64,000 bases of DNA from Myxococcota bacterium (GCA_965228475.1 OZ245817.1:3744001-3808000), one strand, 5' to 3'; positions 38,754 to 52,370 are shown, numbered from the stretch's first letter. Numbers and translations: made by a program. Notes: generated by a model from the letters alone, not told the origin.

Positions 38754-39695
38754 CTAGCGGCCGCCCCGTCCCGGCAGCAGATGGCCGAGGGACCAGCGCT
38801 CGATCCGGTAGCGAAGCGTGCTGCGCGGAATGCCGAGGCTCCGCGCCGCACGCCGCACGTTCCCACCGCACTCCGCGAGAACCCGGACGACCCGCTCGCG
38901 CGTCATGGCCTCGTCCGGCCGCACGTGCGTCAGCGGTTTCGCCGACGCCGGCGCGGGCCGTCGAGAGAGCGCGCGCTCGATGGCGACCGGATCGAGGCGC
39001 CCCTCGAGCGTCAGCACCCGCTCGACGACGTTCGCCAGCTCCCGAACGTTTCCCGGCCAGTCGTGCTGCGCGAGCGCGTCCAGCACGTCGGGGGTCGGCG
39101 GCTCCGTGACTCCGAACGCGGCCTGGAGCTGTTCGAGCAGCGCCGGCAGATCCTCGCGCCGCTCTCGCAGGGGAGGGACGCGCAGGGAGAGCACGTCGAG
39201 CCGATAGAACAGGTCGCTGCGGAAACGCCCGGCCGCGACCTGGGCCGGGAGGTCCCGGTGGGTCGCGGCGACGACCCGCGCCCGCAGGTGCAGCGTCTCC
39301 ACCCCTCCGACCCGTTCGTACTCGCGGTCCTGAAGCACGCGCAGGAGCTTCGCCTGGAGCTCGGGCGCGAGGTCGCCGATCTCGTCGAGGAAGAGCGTTC
39401 CCCGGCCGGCCAGCTCGAACCGGCCCGGCCGCCTCGCGACGGCGTCGGTGAAGGCGCCGCGCTCGTGTCCGAACAGTTCGCTCTCGATCACGGTCGGCGA
39501 GAGCGCCGCGCAGTCGACGTGGACGAAGGGACGACCGCGCCGGGCGCTTCGCGCGTGGAGCGCCCTCGCGACCAGGCCCTTCCCGCTCCCGGTCTCGCCC
39601 CAGATCAAGACGCTGGCGTCGCTCGCCGCGACGCGCGGGAGCTCCGCCCGCAGCCGGACGATGCCCTCGCTCTGCCCCACTAGATCGTGCCGCAC
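38754..39695 (-). CDS. Sigma-54-dependent enhancer-binding protein (AAA+ plus Fis HTH) with no N-terminal sensory domain
   Basis: [63 protein letters not shown]; start 39695 (GTG) or 39755. Confidence 0.9.
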   Translation of the reverse strand: MRHDLVGQSEGIVRLRAELPRVAASDASVLIWGETGSGKGLVARALHARSARRGRPFVHVDCAALSPTVIESELFGHERGAFTDAVARRPGRFELAGRGTLFLDEIGDLAPELQAKLLRVLQDREYERVGGVETLHLRARVVAATHRDLPAQVAAGRFRSDLFYRLDVLSLRVPPLRERREDLPALLEQLQAAFGVTEPPTPDVLDALAQHDWPGNVRELANVVERVLTLEGRLDPVAIERALSRRPAPASAKPLTHVRPDEAMTRERVVRVLAECGGNVRRAARSLGIPRSTLRYRIERWSLGHLLPGRGGR

Positions 39696-39891
39696 GGACC
39701 CATCGCGCTCCCCGGAACCGATCTCAGGGAAGCGCGGACGCACGTTTCCGATCAACCGTCGAGCGAGGCAGGTTCTTGCCGGCGGCTGCTGGCGAGCTGC
39801 CGCGGGGCTTCCGGCTCAAGCAAGCTTCAGGGGCGGCTCGGCCTCCACCGGGGAGGGGGAACCGGGAGGTCCGGTCCGGCATCCTACTGCC

Positions 39892-40857
<966 letters not shown>

Positions 40858-40892
40858 CGTTCGCCGAAGCCCCGCTCGCCCCGGGGAGTTCC

Positions 40893-41498
40893 GTGCTGAA
40901 GCGAATCGCCCGTCCGTCCGTGGTCGCCACCCTCGGCCTGATTCCGCTCGCCGTCGTCGCCGGGCGCTTCTTCTTCGGCGACGGGCTCGGTGCAGAGCCC
41001 GTCGAGGTCGCCACCCACGTCACCGGGGAGTGGGCCCTGCGCCTCCTGCTCTTGACCCTCGCGATCACCCCGCTGCGCATCGCCTTCGGGTTCCGCCACC
41101 TCGCCCCGCTGCGCCGCACCCTCGGCCTGCTCGCCTTCACCTACGCGACGCTCCACATGCTGACCTGGCTCGCCCTCGACCAGACCTTCGACTGGGCCTT
41201 CATCGTCGAGGACGTGACCGAGCGCCCCTTCGTGATGGCCGGGCTCGCCTCCTTCCTCGCGATGGTGCCCCTGGCGGCCACCTCTTCGCGGGCGGCGATC
41301 CGCCGGCTCGGACGCCGCTGGGTCCGGCTCCACCGGCTCGTCTACTTCGCCGCGATCGCCGCCATCGCCCACTACGTCTGGCTGGTAAAGGCGGATCTCC
41401 TCGCCCCGCTCGTACATGGGGCCATCCTGGCCCTCCTGCTCGGCTGGCGGGTCCTCGAAGCCCGGCGGCGGAGTCAGGGCGCGCAGGCTCAGGGCTGA
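40893..41498 (+). CDS. msrQ: MsrQ heme-binding membrane subunit
   Basis: TGEWAL..L..TLAITP, RRTLGL..F.YATLH, WVRLHRLVY...HY.W; adjacent to msrP. Confidence 0.93.
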   Translation: MLKRIARPSVVATLGLIPLAVVAGRFFFGDGLGAEPVEVATHVTGEWALRLLLLTLAITPLRIAFGFRHLAPLRRTLGLLAFTYATLHMLTWLALDQTFDWAFIVEDVTERPFVMAGLASFLAMVPLAATSSRAAIRRLGRRWVRLHRLVYFAAIAAIAHYVWLVKADLLAPLVHGAILALLLGWRVLEARRRSQGAQAQG

Positions 41499-41613
41499 AC
41501 GCTTCGTTTTTGTTCCATTTCCAGCTCGGTTTCTTCTATAAAGCCCACCTCGGCCCCAACCGGCTCAGATCCGCGCGGCGTCCGTTCGCGCTCACGGGCT
41601 GCAAGGAGAAGCA

Positions 41614-42957
41614 ATGCACCTCGCCCCGTCCCTCCGCGAAACCCGCCTCCGGGCCCTTCCGGCGATCGCCGCCGCCCTCGGCGCGGGGCTCGCATCCCCG
41701 GCCGCCGCCCAGGAGACGAGCCTCGACAGCGGCGACACGGCCTGGATCCTGGTCTCGAGCGCACTCGTCCTGTTCATGACCATCCCGGGCCTCGCCCTCT
41801 TCTACGGCGGGCTCGTCCGCACGAAGAACGTCCTGTCGGTCCTGATGCAGTGCCTCGCGCTGACCGCGCTCTGCACCCTGCTCTGGCTCGCCTGCGGCTA
41901 CAGCCTCGCCTTCGACACCACGGGCATGGCGGCGGGGACGACCAACCTCCACAGCTTCATCGGAAGCTTCGGCAAAGCCTTCGCGAGCGGGCTCACCGTC
42001 GACGCGCTCTCGGGCACGATCCCCGAGATCCTCTTCTTCGTCTTCCAGATGACCTTCGCGATCATCACGCCGGCCCTGATCGTCGGCGCCTTCGCCGAGC
42101 GCATGAAGTTCAGCGCGATGCTCTGGTTCTCCGGCGTCTGGCTGATCCTCGTCTACACCCCGATCTGCCACATGACCTGGGGCGGCGACGGCGGCTGGTT
42201 CTGGGACATGGGCGTGTTCGACTTCGCCGGCGGGATCGTCGTGCACATCACGGCGGGCGTGGCGGCACTCGTGGCGTGCATCGTGATCGGACCCCGGCAC
42301 CGCTACCTCGAGGCCGCGATGCCCCCCCACAACATGACGATGTGCGCGACGGGCACGGGCATGCTGTGGGTCGGCTGGTACGGCTTCAACGGCGGCAGCG
42401 CGCTCTCGGCCAGCGGCGACGCGGCCATGGCGATCGCCGTGACGCAGATCTCCGCGTCGACCGCGGCGCTCACCTGGATGTTCATCGAGTGGACCCAGAA
42501 CGGGAAGCCGAGCGTGCTCGGGCTCGCGACGGGCGCCATCGCCGGCCTCGCCGCCGTGACGCCCGCCTCGGGCTTCATCGGCCCGATCGGCGGCTTCGGA
42601 ATTGGCCTGGCCTCGGGCTTCATCTGCTGGTGGGCCTCGACCGTGATCAAGATCAAGCTCGGCTACGACGACTCCCTCGACGTCTTCGGCGTGCACGGGG
42701 TCGGCGGCTTCGTCGGCACGATGCTCGTCGCCGTGTTCGCCTCGGGCACCTTCGGCGGCAAGGAGGGCGATCTCGCCATCGCGTCGCAGTTCGGGGTCCA
42801 GCTGCTCGCGAGCGTCGTGACCATCGTCTACACCGGGATCATGAGCTACGGAATCCTGAAGGCGATCGACGCCACGATCGGCCTCCGCGTCACCCAGGAG
42901 CACGAGGTCATGGGTCTCGACACCACCCTTCACGCCGAAACGGGTTACGACCTCTAG
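41614..42957 (+). CDS. amtB: Ammonium transporter (copy 1)
   Basis: GDTAW, PGLALFYGG, FQMTFAIITPAL, DFAGGIVVH, GWYGFNGGS, DDSLDVFGVHG. Confidence 0.96.
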   Translation: MHLAPSLRETRLRALPAIAAALGAGLASPAAAQETSLDSGDTAWILVSSALVLFMTIPGLALFYGGLVRTKNVLSVLMQCLALTALCTLLWLACGYSLAFDTTGMAAGTTNLHSFIGSFGKAFASGLTVDALSGTIPEILFFVFQMTFAIITPALIVGAFAERMKFSAMLWFSGVWLILVYTPICHMTWGGDGGWFWDMGVFDFAGGIVVHITAGVAALVACIVIGPRHRYLEAAMPPHNMTMCATGTGMLWVGWYGFNGGSALSASGDAAMAIAVTQISASTAALTWMFIEWTQNGKPSVLGLATGAIAGLAAVTPASGFIGPIGGFGIGLASGFICWWASTVIKIKLGYDDSLDVFGVHGVGGFVGTMLVAVFASGTFGGKEGDLAIASQFGVQLLASVVTIVYTGIMSYGILKAIDATIGLRVTQEHEVMGLDTTLHAETGYDL

Positions 42958-42971
42958 GGCCTCGCCTCTAG

Positions 42972-43331
<360 letters not shown>

Positions 43332-43335
43332 TCGC

Positions 43336-44574
43336 TCACTCGAGCTCGCGAACGGGCTTCAGGAAGAGGAGCGCCGTCACCCCGACGACGGCGGCGACGC
43401 AGCCCGAGAGCAGCATCATCCGCTCGGCGCCGATCGCCGTCGTGAGCTGGCCCGCCTGGAAGTAGCCGAGCGGCGAAGACGCCAGGAACATCAGCGTGTA
43501 CATGCTCATGACCCGCCCGATGAGCGGCGGCGACGCGTAGGTCTGGAGCAGCACGACGGCGTAGTTGATGAAGATCGATGCGCCGAGCCCCCACACGACG
43601 AGCAGCGCGGCCGAGAGAGCGAGCGAGCGGCTCTGGCTGTAGGCGACGAGCACCAGCCCGCCCGCCACGATGGAGACGCACAGCGCGCGCCCCCGGTGCG
43701 GGAGCGGGCGCAGCGTCAGCCCGATCGAGCCCGCGACGACGCCGCCCCCGAAGCACCCCCACAGCAGGCCGACCCAGAGGTCCGTCGCACCGAACACGTC
43801 GGGCACGAGGATCGGGAGGGTCACGGCGAAGGGGCCGATGAAGAAGATGCCGGGGACCGCCGCCAGCAGCAGGACGCCGAGCAGCGCGGGCTCCCCGGCG
43901 ACGTAGCGCAGGCCGTCGGCGAGGTCGTGCAGCACCTTGCGGTCGCTCGGCGGCGGCGGCCGGGTGCGGATCGTCGAGAAGGCGAGCGCGCCGAGCACCA
44001 GGAACGCGACCTCGATCGAGAAGGCGCTCGCGAGCCCGAAGGCTTCGGTCGCGAGGCCGCCGAGCGCGGGGCCGACGAACTGCAGCGAGGCCATGAAGCC
44101 CATCGTCCCGAGGATCACGCCGTTCGGCAGCGCTTCGGGGGCGACGATCTGGGGCAGCATGCTCTGACGCGTGGGGTTCGTGAAGGCGCCCGCGGTGCCG
44201 ACGAGCGCGGCCAGCGGGTAGACGGGCCAGATCAGGCCGGAATCCGAGAGACACAGCCAGACGTAGAGCATCGAGACCACGGCGCCGACGGCGTACGTCC
44301 GCACGAGGATGCGGCGATGCTCGATCCGGTCGGCCGCCGTGCCTCCGAACAGGACGACCAGGGCGGCCGGCAGCGTCTGGGCGATCAGGGCCGTCGAGAT
44401 CGCGAGCGCCCGCTCCTCGGAATCGACGCGGTCCCGGATGTAGAGCGGGACCGTCACGGCCTGGATCCCGACGCCCGTTCCCGCGACGAAGGACGCCATC
44501 CACCAGCGGCGGAAGCGGGGCGAGGTGAACGGATTGCGCGAGCCCGCGGGCGTCGCCGGCGAGGGCTCGGTCAC
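43336..44574 (-). CDS. MFS transporter
   Basis: About 12 hydrophobic segments; GGTAADRIEHRR motif A-like; GRVMS. Confidence 0.88.
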   Translation of the reverse strand: MTEPSPATPAGSRNPFTSPRFRRWWMASFVAGTGVGIQAVTVPLYIRDRVDSEERALAISTALIAQTLPAALVVLFGGTAADRIEHRRILVRTYAVGAVVSMLYVWLCLSDSGLIWPVYPLAALVGTAGAFTNPTRQSMLPQIVAPEALPNGVILGTMGFMASLQFVGPALGGLATEAFGLASAFSIEVAFLVLGALAFSTIRTRPPPPSDRKVLHDLADGLRYVAGEPALLGVLLLAAVPGIFFIGPFAVTLPILVPDVFGATDLWVGLLWGCFGGGVVAGSIGLTLRPLPHRGRALCVSIVAGGLVLVAYSQSRSLALSAALLVVWGLGASIFINYAVVLLQTYASPPLIGRVMSMYTLMFLASSPLGYFQAGQLTTAIGAERMMLLSGCVAAVVGVTALLFLKPVRELE

Positions 44575-44605
44575 GCGGCTTGCAATCGCATGGGCGGGGA
44601 CGCCC

Positions 44606-45538
44606 TCACGGGCGGATCGTGCGCCCGGCCGCGAAGTCGGCGACGAGCTCGGCCATTCGCTCGGGGCGCGTGATGGGCAGCATGTGACTCCCGCCCTCGA
44701 GCACGACGAGCTGGCCCCGCTTGGCGCGCTCGGCCAGGTGCTCCCCGACGGAGAGGGGAACCAGCCGGTCGTCGTCGCCGTGGATCACGAGGATGGGCAG
44801 ATCGATGGGCGCCGGGTCGAGCTCCTCGTTCCACTCGAAGTACCGACCCTCTTCCCGCCAGGTCTCCATGGTATGGGGCGCCGAGAAGTTCGCTTCGAGC
44901 TGCGGCCCCCACCACTCGGGGATGGGTTCGTCGCTGAAGGCCTGCTGGCTCATCATCCCCTGGACCGCTCGGCCGGCGGGCGGCACCGCGGCCACCCAAC
45001 GAAGGACCGGGTCCGAGAACAGGAGCTTGAACAGGAACGGATCCTCGGGCGCATCGGGCCAGGGGCCGGCGCTGCCGACCAGCACGATCCGCCGGATGTG
45101 GGTCGGGTCCTTCAGGGCGGCCCGGATCGCGGTCGCGCCGCCGTAGGACCAACCGACGACCGTGACGTCGCGCAGGCCTTCGGCCGAGATCAGGGCGAGC
45201 AGGTCCGCGGCGCTGCCGTCGGGCGTGAAGGCGCCGTTGCGCCGGCGGTCCGAACGGTTGTAGCCGACGCGCGAATAGGCGATCACCCGATGCCCGCGCT
45301 TCGCGAGGGGCTCCATCATCGGAAACCAGTCGAGCGCCTGTCCGGGCAGGCCATGAACCAGCACGACCACGGGGCCGCGCCCCCGCGCCAGGGCCGCCAC
45401 CGAGGTATTGCCGGAAACGGCGATGCGGCCGTCCGCAGGCGGAAGCTCGGGGACCTCGCTCGGCACGGCGGCGTAGTAGAGCGGCGGCAGGGCGAGGAGA
45501 GCCCCCAACACGACCAACGCCACCAGGATCTTTCGCAC
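44606..45538 (-). CDS. Alpha/beta hydrolase with N-terminal membrane anchor
   Basis: LVHGLPG, GWSYGG nucleophile elbow, HGDDDRLVP, GSHML. Confidence 0.9.
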   Translation of the reverse strand: MRKILVALVVLGALLALPPLYYAAVPSEVPELPPADGRIAVSGNTSVAALARGRGPVVVLVHGLPGQALDWFPMMEPLAKRGHRVIAYSRVGYNRSDRRRNGAFTPDGSAADLLALISAEGLRDVTVVGWSYGGATAIRAALKDPTHIRRIVLVGSAGPWPDAPEDPFLFKLLFSDPVLRWVAAVPPAGRAVQGMMSQQAFSDEPIPEWWGPQLEANFSAPHTMETWREEGRYFEWNEELDPAPIDLPILVIHGDDDRLVPLSVGEHLAERAKRGQLVVLEGGSHMLPITRPERMAELVADFAAGRTIRP

Positions 45539-45590
45539 GGGCCTCCCCTTCCGACCCGACTCAACTGCGCGGGCCGCGGAAAGTCAAGCC

Positions 45591-45629
45591 TGCACGGTTC
45601 TTGGGCACCCCCTGCCCGGCTTCCAGGCA
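45591..45629 (+). promoter_or_regulatory. Tandem NtrC-like enhancer sites
   Basis: TGCAC-N7-GGGCA (45591-45607) and TGCCC-N7-AGGCA (45613-45629), compared with the NtrC consensus TGCAC-N7-GTGCA, 70-100 nt upstream of a sigma-54 promoter. Confidence 0.55.
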
Positions 45630-45696
45630 GTCGGCGGGCCTTCACCGGCCCGACACGGCCCAGGGTCCCCCAGGTGCGCCTCCGCCCGCGCAAGCG

Positions 45697-45712
45697 TGGC
45701 ACGCGCCTTGCT
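45697..45712 (+). promoter_or_regulatory. Sigma-54 promoter of the second amtB-glnK operon
   Basis: TGGCAC-GCGCC-TTGCT, an exact -24/-12 consensus. Confidence 0.88.
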
Positions 45713-45797
45713 CTTGGCCTCCGGTCTGAGTCGGAAACCAAGGCCCGGAGCGCGCCGCAAGGGTGCCGCGCGCAGCTTCGGGCAGGAAAGGGTCCCC

Positions 45798-47479
<1,682 letters not shown>

Positions 47480-47529
47480 CTCCGAGAACGGAGCCGCGTC
47501 GCTTTCGAAACGGCGCAGCGATTCGACAG

Positions 47530-47561
47530 ACGGCCGGGTCCGCGCTCGCGGACCCGGCCGT
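47530..47561. terminator. Perfect 15-bp inverted repeat after glnK copy 2, probable terminator
   Basis: ACGGCCGGGTCCGCG-CT-CGCGGACCCGGCCGT. Confidence 0.6.
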
Positions 47562-47623
47562 TGCGCGTTTCCGGAACCGGTGGGCGAGCCGGGCCGCCGC
47601 GCTTCCCGTATCCTGCGTCCCGC

Positions 47624-48886
47624 ATGAACGGCCTCGCCGGCTTCACGAACGCCTTCCTCCTCCTCTACGGTCTCGACGCGGGCTTCTCCCTCTTCGAGGA
47701 GCTCTTCCGCCTGGCGACGGGCTCGACGGCCTTGCTCGGGCCGCGCAACCTGCTGGCGTTTCCGGTCGTCCTGGCGGCCCTCGGCGGGTTCCCGTGCCTC
47801 GTGATCTCGCCGGCCCTCCCGGCCCGACTGCTCGTCCCGCTCTTCGTCTCGGTCCTCTGGCTCAACTGGGGTGCGGCGCCGCTCGCGATGTTCCTGGCGC
47901 CTCCGGCCCTCGGATTCGCAGCGACGGCCATCCAGTGCGGGGCAGCGCTGATCGCGTTCTCGTGGGTACGCCGCCAGAACGCCCGGCGCGGCGAAGCGTC
48001 GAGCTGGTGGCTCGGCGACCCGGCGGCACCGCCCTTCTCCGCGTCCCACAGCCTGCGCATGCTGCTGCTCTACGGTTTCGTACTGCTGCCGGCGTTCGGC
48101 CTCTACGGCGTGCTCCTGTTCGCGACGACGGTGCAGGTGGCGACCCGTGAATTCGTCACCTTCGACCGCGAAGGCATCTCTCTCGCGGACCGGCGCTACG
48201 AACGCGAAGGGCAAAAGCTCCGGCTGGTCGGAATGATGCACATCGGGGAAGCCTCGAACTATCGAGAAGTCGTCGAGAGCTTCGTGGCCCCCGGAACGAT
48301 CGTGCTCGAAGAGGGCGTGACCGACACCACCGGCGTGATGAGCGAGACCCTCGCGTACGACGGCGTGGCGAGCGTTCTCGGACTCGACGCCCAGGACGAA
48401 CTCTCCGAGTACCTGCGCGAATCCGAGGAGGCGCCGCTTCCCGAGTGGCCGGTCTTCCGCCACGCAGACGTCGACCTCGAGACCTTCTCGCCGAAGACGA
48501 TCGAGTGGCTCGGCTACACCCAGGAGATCTGGGCGGGCGAGGACTGGCTCGCCGCGCTCCGACAGATCCTCACGAAGGCCGGCGAAGACCCGGAGCTTGC
48601 CAAGGCCATCGAATGGGACCTCTTCACCCAGCGCAACGCGCAGCTCCTCGAACACATCGCGGAGGCCCAGGGCGAGTTCGAGACCGTCGTCGTGCCCTGG
48701 GGTGCGCTCCACCTCCCCGCGATCGAGCGGCAGATCCTCGCCGACGGCTACGAACCCGCGGGCGAGGTCCGGCGGCGGCTCGTCGACTGGGAGACCGTGA
48801 GCGAGGCCCTCGCACGAAGGAACGCCGTGAAGGACGAGGAGGCGGCCGGTCCCGACTCCGACGTCGACGGTCCACCGGACGCCTGA
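47624..48886 (+). CDS. Membrane protein with C-terminal TraB/GumN-like domain
   Basis: About 5 N-terminal TMs; LVGMMHIG, VLEEG, QRN, VPWGALHL. Confidence 0.65.
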   Translation: MNGLAGFTNAFLLLYGLDAGFSLFEELFRLATGSTALLGPRNLLAFPVVLAALGGFPCLVISPALPARLLVPLFVSVLWLNWGAAPLAMFLAPPALGFAATAIQCGAALIAFSWVRRQNARRGEASSWWLGDPAAPPFSASHSLRMLLLYGFVLLPAFGLYGVLLFATTVQVATREFVTFDREGISLADRRYEREGQKLRLVGMMHIGEASNYREVVESFVAPGTIVLEEGVTDTTGVMSETLAYDGVASVLGLDAQDELSEYLRESEEAPLPEWPVFRHADVDLETFSPKTIEWLGYTQEIWAGEDWLAALRQILTKAGEDPELAKAIEWDLFTQRNAQLLEHIAEAQGEFETVVVPWGALHLPAIERQILADGYEPAGEVRRRLVDWETVSEALARRNAVKDEEAAGPDSDVDGPPDA

Positions 48887-48905
48887 CACCGTATACTGGC
48901 GCGCC

Positions 48906-49727
48906 ATGTACGAGCAGATCCTCTACGAAGTCGAAGAGCCCATCGCCACCATCACGCTGAACCGACCCGACCGGCTCAACGCCTGGACGGACCGCATGGG
49001 CGCGGAGGTTCGCCACGCCGTGGGCGAGGCCGAGAAGGACCCCTCGGTCGTCGGCATCATCCTCACCGGCGCCGGGCGCGGCTTCTGCGCGGGCGCCGAC
49101 CTCGGCACCCTCGAAGCGATCGGCGAGGGCGACCGCGGGGGCAGCGACTTCCCGGAACTCGCCGCGGACCCGGGCGACCCCGGCATGGGGGAGTCCTTCC
49201 GCGGCTCCTACACCTACCTGATGTCGGTCCGGAAACCCGTGATCGCCGCGATCAACGGGCCCTGCGCGGGCATGGCCATGCCGATCTCGCTGTGCGCCGA
49301 CCTCCGCTTCGCCTCGGACCGGGCGGTGTTCACGACGGCCTTCGTCCAGCGCGGCCTGATCGCCGAGTGGGGCATCAGCTGGCTCCTGCCGCGCCTCGTC
49401 GGAACGGCCCACGCCATGGACCTCTTGATCTCCGCGCGCAAGATCGACGGCGCGGAAGCCGAGCGCATCGGCCTCGTGAACCGCACCCTGCCTCACGACG
49501 AGCTGCTGCCCTTCGTCCGCGACTACGTCCGCAACCTCGCGGAGAACTGCTCGCCCACCTCCATGCGGATCATGAAGCAGCAGGTCTATCGCGATCTCAC
49601 CGAGAGTCTCGAGGATGCGCATGCCACGGCGGTGAGCGAGATGATCGCCACCTTCGACCGCCCCGACTTCAAGGAAGGCGTCCAGTCCTTCCTGGCGAAG
49701 CGCAAGCCGCGCTTCGAGCGCTTCTAG
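48906..49727 (+). CDS. Enoyl-CoA hydratase/isomerase family protein
   Basis: TLNRPDRLNA, LTGAGRGFCAGADL, KPVIAAINGPCAG, DFKEGVQSFLAKRKPRF. Confidence 0.93.
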   Translation: MYEQILYEVEEPIATITLNRPDRLNAWTDRMGAEVRHAVGEAEKDPSVVGIILTGAGRGFCAGADLGTLEAIGEGDRGGSDFPELAADPGDPGMGESFRGSYTYLMSVRKPVIAAINGPCAGMAMPISLCADLRFASDRAVFTTAFVQRGLIAEWGISWLLPRLVGTAHAMDLLISARKIDGAEAERIGLVNRTLPHDELLPFVRDYVRNLAENCSPTSMRIMKQQVYRDLTESLEDAHATAVSEMIATFDRPDFKEGVQSFLAKRKPRFERF

Positions 49728-49755
49728 TCCGCGCGTGGGGGAAGGCAGCCAGGCC

Positions 49756-50943
49756 GTGCGCGAAGGCCCCACCCATCCCGGGATTCGGCTGCTCGACGGC
49801 GATTTCTACGCCTCGGACCCGCACCCGCACTACCGGTGGATGCGCGAGAACGCCCCCGTCTACTGGGATCCGAGCGCGGAGCTCTTCGGCGTCGCGAGCC
49901 ACGCCAACGTCCAGTTCGTCTCGAAGCACCCGGAGACGTTCTGCTCGGGCCGGAGCTCCCGCCCGGACGCGCCCGCCATCCCCTCGATGATCAACCTCGA
50001 CGACCCGCTGCACATGCAGCGCAGGAACCTGGTGAACCGCGGCTTCACGCCGCGCCGGGTCCGCGAGCACGAGCCGCGCATCCGCGAGATCTGCCGCAAC
50101 CTGATCGCCGGCGTCCGGGACCGCACGTCCTTCGACTTCGTGCGGGAGGTCGCCGCGCCGCTTCCACTGATCGTGATCGGCGACCTGCTCGGCGTGAAGG
50201 AGGAGGATCACGCGGACCTCCTGCGCTGGTCCGACGATCTGATCGCCGCGACGCGGCGCGACGCGCCCGAGGACGTCGCCGAGCGCGCGGCCCGGGCCTT
50301 CGGCGAGTACGCCGCCTACCACGCGGCCTCCGTCGCCGAGCGGCGCGCAAATCCGACGGACGATCTCCTGAGCGTCCTCGTCCACGCGGAGGTCGACGGC
50401 CTCGAGCTCGACGACGAGGCGCTCCTCCACGAATCGCTGCTCATCCTGATCGGCGGCGACGAGACCACCCGCCACGTGATCTCGGGCGGCATGGAGGCCC
50501 TGATCCGCAACCCGGACGAGCGGCGGCGCCTCGAGGCCGACCCCGCGCTCCTCCCGGGCGCGGTCGAGGAGATGCTCCGCTTCGTTTCACCCATCGCGAA
50601 CATGAACCGCACGGCGACCCGGGACACGGAGCTCGCGGGCGTTCCGGTCCGCGAGGGCGACCGCCTGCTCCTGCTCTACCCCTCGGCCAACCGCGACGCC
50701 CGGGTCTTCGACGCCCCCGACGCCTTCGACGTCGGCCGCGACCCGAACCCGCACCTCGCCTTCGGCGGCTTCGGCGCCCACTTCTGCCTGGGCGCGAGCC
50801 TTGCCCGTCTTGAGCTGCGGATCATGTTCGAGGAGCTGCTCACCGGACTGCCCGCCCTCGCCCTCGAGAGCGACGCGCCGCTGCCGCGCACGCCGAGCAA
50901 CTTCATCCCGGGCATCCGGGAGATGAAGGTCGGTTTCGCCTAG
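49756..50943 (+). CDS. Cytochrome P450, CYP142-like
   Basis: LLILIGGDETTRH (I-helix), EEMLR (ExxR), HLAFGGFGAHFCLG (heme Cys); start 49756 (GTG) or 49735. Confidence 0.93.
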   Translation: MREGPTHPGIRLLDGDFYASDPHPHYRWMRENAPVYWDPSAELFGVASHANVQFVSKHPETFCSGRSSRPDAPAIPSMINLDDPLHMQRRNLVNRGFTPRRVREHEPRIREICRNLIAGVRDRTSFDFVREVAAPLPLIVIGDLLGVKEEDHADLLRWSDDLIAATRRDAPEDVAERAARAFGEYAAYHAASVAERRANPTDDLLSVLVHAEVDGLELDDEALLHESLLILIGGDETTRHVISGGMEALIRNPDERRRLEADPALLPGAVEEMLRFVSPIANMNRTATRDTELAGVPVREGDRLLLLYPSANRDARVFDAPDAFDVGRDPNPHLAFGGFGAHFCLGASLARLELRIMFEELLTGLPALALESDAPLPRTPSNFIPGIREMKVGFA

Positions 50944-52370
50944 TCGTCGCCGACGGTCATGACGCGGATCATGTCCGTGCTTCCGGTCTGCTTCGAGAGA
51001 CCCGCGGTGACGATCACGATGTCGCCGGGCACGACGAAGCCCGCCTCCCGGGCCTGCTGGATGCCGTAGGCGATCCGGGCATCGTCGCCGACTTCGCCGT
51101 CGTAGCGCAGCGCGGTGATGCCCCAGTTCAGGCAGAGCTGCCGCGCCACGTGCTCCGAGTTCGTGAGCGCCAGGATCGGACACGGCGGGCGGTACTTCGA
51201 GATCATGCGCGAAGTGAAGCCGCTCTCGGTCAGCGCGAGGATCGCCGCAGCGTGGAGGTGCTTCGCCATCGTGATCGCCGCCTGGCTGACGGCCTCGCTG
51301 ACCTGGTTCTCCGGGTCGGGGTGGACGTGCTGCAGGTGGCCGTAGTCGGCGAGGGAGGCTTCGGCGTGCTGGGCCAGGCGCGACATCGTGGCGACGGCCT
51401 GCACGGGGTGGGCGCCGATCGCCGTCTCCCCGGAGAGCATCACGGCCGAGGTGCCGTCGAAGATCGCGTTGGCCACGTCGCTCGCTTCGGCGCGGGTCGG
51501 GCGCGGGTTGCGCTCCATCGAATCGAGCATCTGGGTCGCCGTGATGACGGGTTTTCCGTTCATCACGGTGGCCCGGATGATCCGCTTCTGCACCGCAGGC
51601 ACCTGCTCGACCGGCAGCTCCACGCCGAGGTCGCCGCGGGCGACCATGGTCCCGTTCGCCGCCGAGACGATCGCGTCGAGGTGCTCGACCCCGGAGCGGC
51701 TCTCGATCTTCGCGATGATCGGGATCTGCGCTCCGTTGGCGGCGAGCACCTCGCGGATCTCCTCGACGTCCGCCGGGTTGCGCACGAAGGACGCCGCGAT
51801 GTAGTCGAAGTCGTGCTCGGCGGCGAAGACGAGGTCCGCTTCGTTCTCGCGTCCCATCGAGCGGAACTGGAGCTCGGTGTGCGGCAGGTTGACGCCCTTG
51901 CGGCTGCGCAGGATCCCCCCGCTCTCGACGCGGCAGCGCACCCGGGCGCCCTCGACTGCCAGGACCGTGAGTTCGATGGCCCCGTCGTCGAGCAGGATCG
52001 GATCCCCGACCTCCACGCTCCGCGCGAGCCCGGAGTCGCTCACCGAGACGCCGGTCGCGTCGCCCTCGCGGGGTTCGCAGTGCAGGTCGAAGTCGTTCCC
52101 CGCCTCGAGCTCGGCCAGGTTCCCGGCGATCTCGCCGACGCGGACTTCGATTCCGCGCGTGTCGAGCATGGTGGCCACGGGGCGGCCGGTGCGCTCGCAG
52201 GCCTGGGCGAGGCGGTCGAGGCGGGCTTCGTGCTCGGCGGGGTCGCCATGGGAGAAGTTCAGGCGGGCGACGTTCATGCCGGCATGGATCATCTGGGCCA
52301 GGACGCCCACGTCGTCACAGGCCGGCCCGAGCGTGGCGATCACCTTCGTCTTTCGGATGCGCTGGTTCAC
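50940..52370 (-). CDS. pyk: Pyruvate kinase
   Basis: RKTKVIATLGPA, ARLNFSHG, IIAKIE, MVARGDLGVE, TATQMLDSM, PTRAEASDVANA, MLSGETA. Confidence 0.97.
   Translation of the reverse strand: MNQRIRKTKVIATLGPACDDVGVLAQMIHAGMNVARLNFSHGDPAEHEARLDRLAQACERTGRPVATMLDTRGIEVRVGEIAGNLAELEAGNDFDLHCEPREGDATGVSVSDSGLARSVEVGDPILLDDGAIELTVLAVEGARVRCRVESGGILRSRKGVNLPHTELQFRSMGRENEADLVFAAEHDFDYIAASFVRNPADVEEIREVLAANGAQIPIIAKIESRSGVEHLDAIVSAANGTMVARGDLGVELPVEQVPAVQKRIIRATVMNGKPVITATQMLDSMERNPRPTRAEASDVANAIFDGTSAVMLSGETAIGAHPVQAVATMSRLAQHAEASLADYGHLQHVHPDPENQVSEAVSQAAITMAKHLHAAAILALTESGFTSRMISKYRPPCPILALTNSEHVARQLCLNWGITALRYDGEVGDDARIAYGIQQAREAGFVVPGDIVIVTAGLSKQTGSTDMIRVMTVGDD

Noticed and set aside
45720..45797. 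Possible ANTAR-type dual hairpin or riboswitch in the amtB copy 2 leader (GC-AAGGGT-GC)
   Set aside because: Only one weak 2-bp-stem hexaloop fits; the second hairpin does not match; cannot be supported without a covariance search
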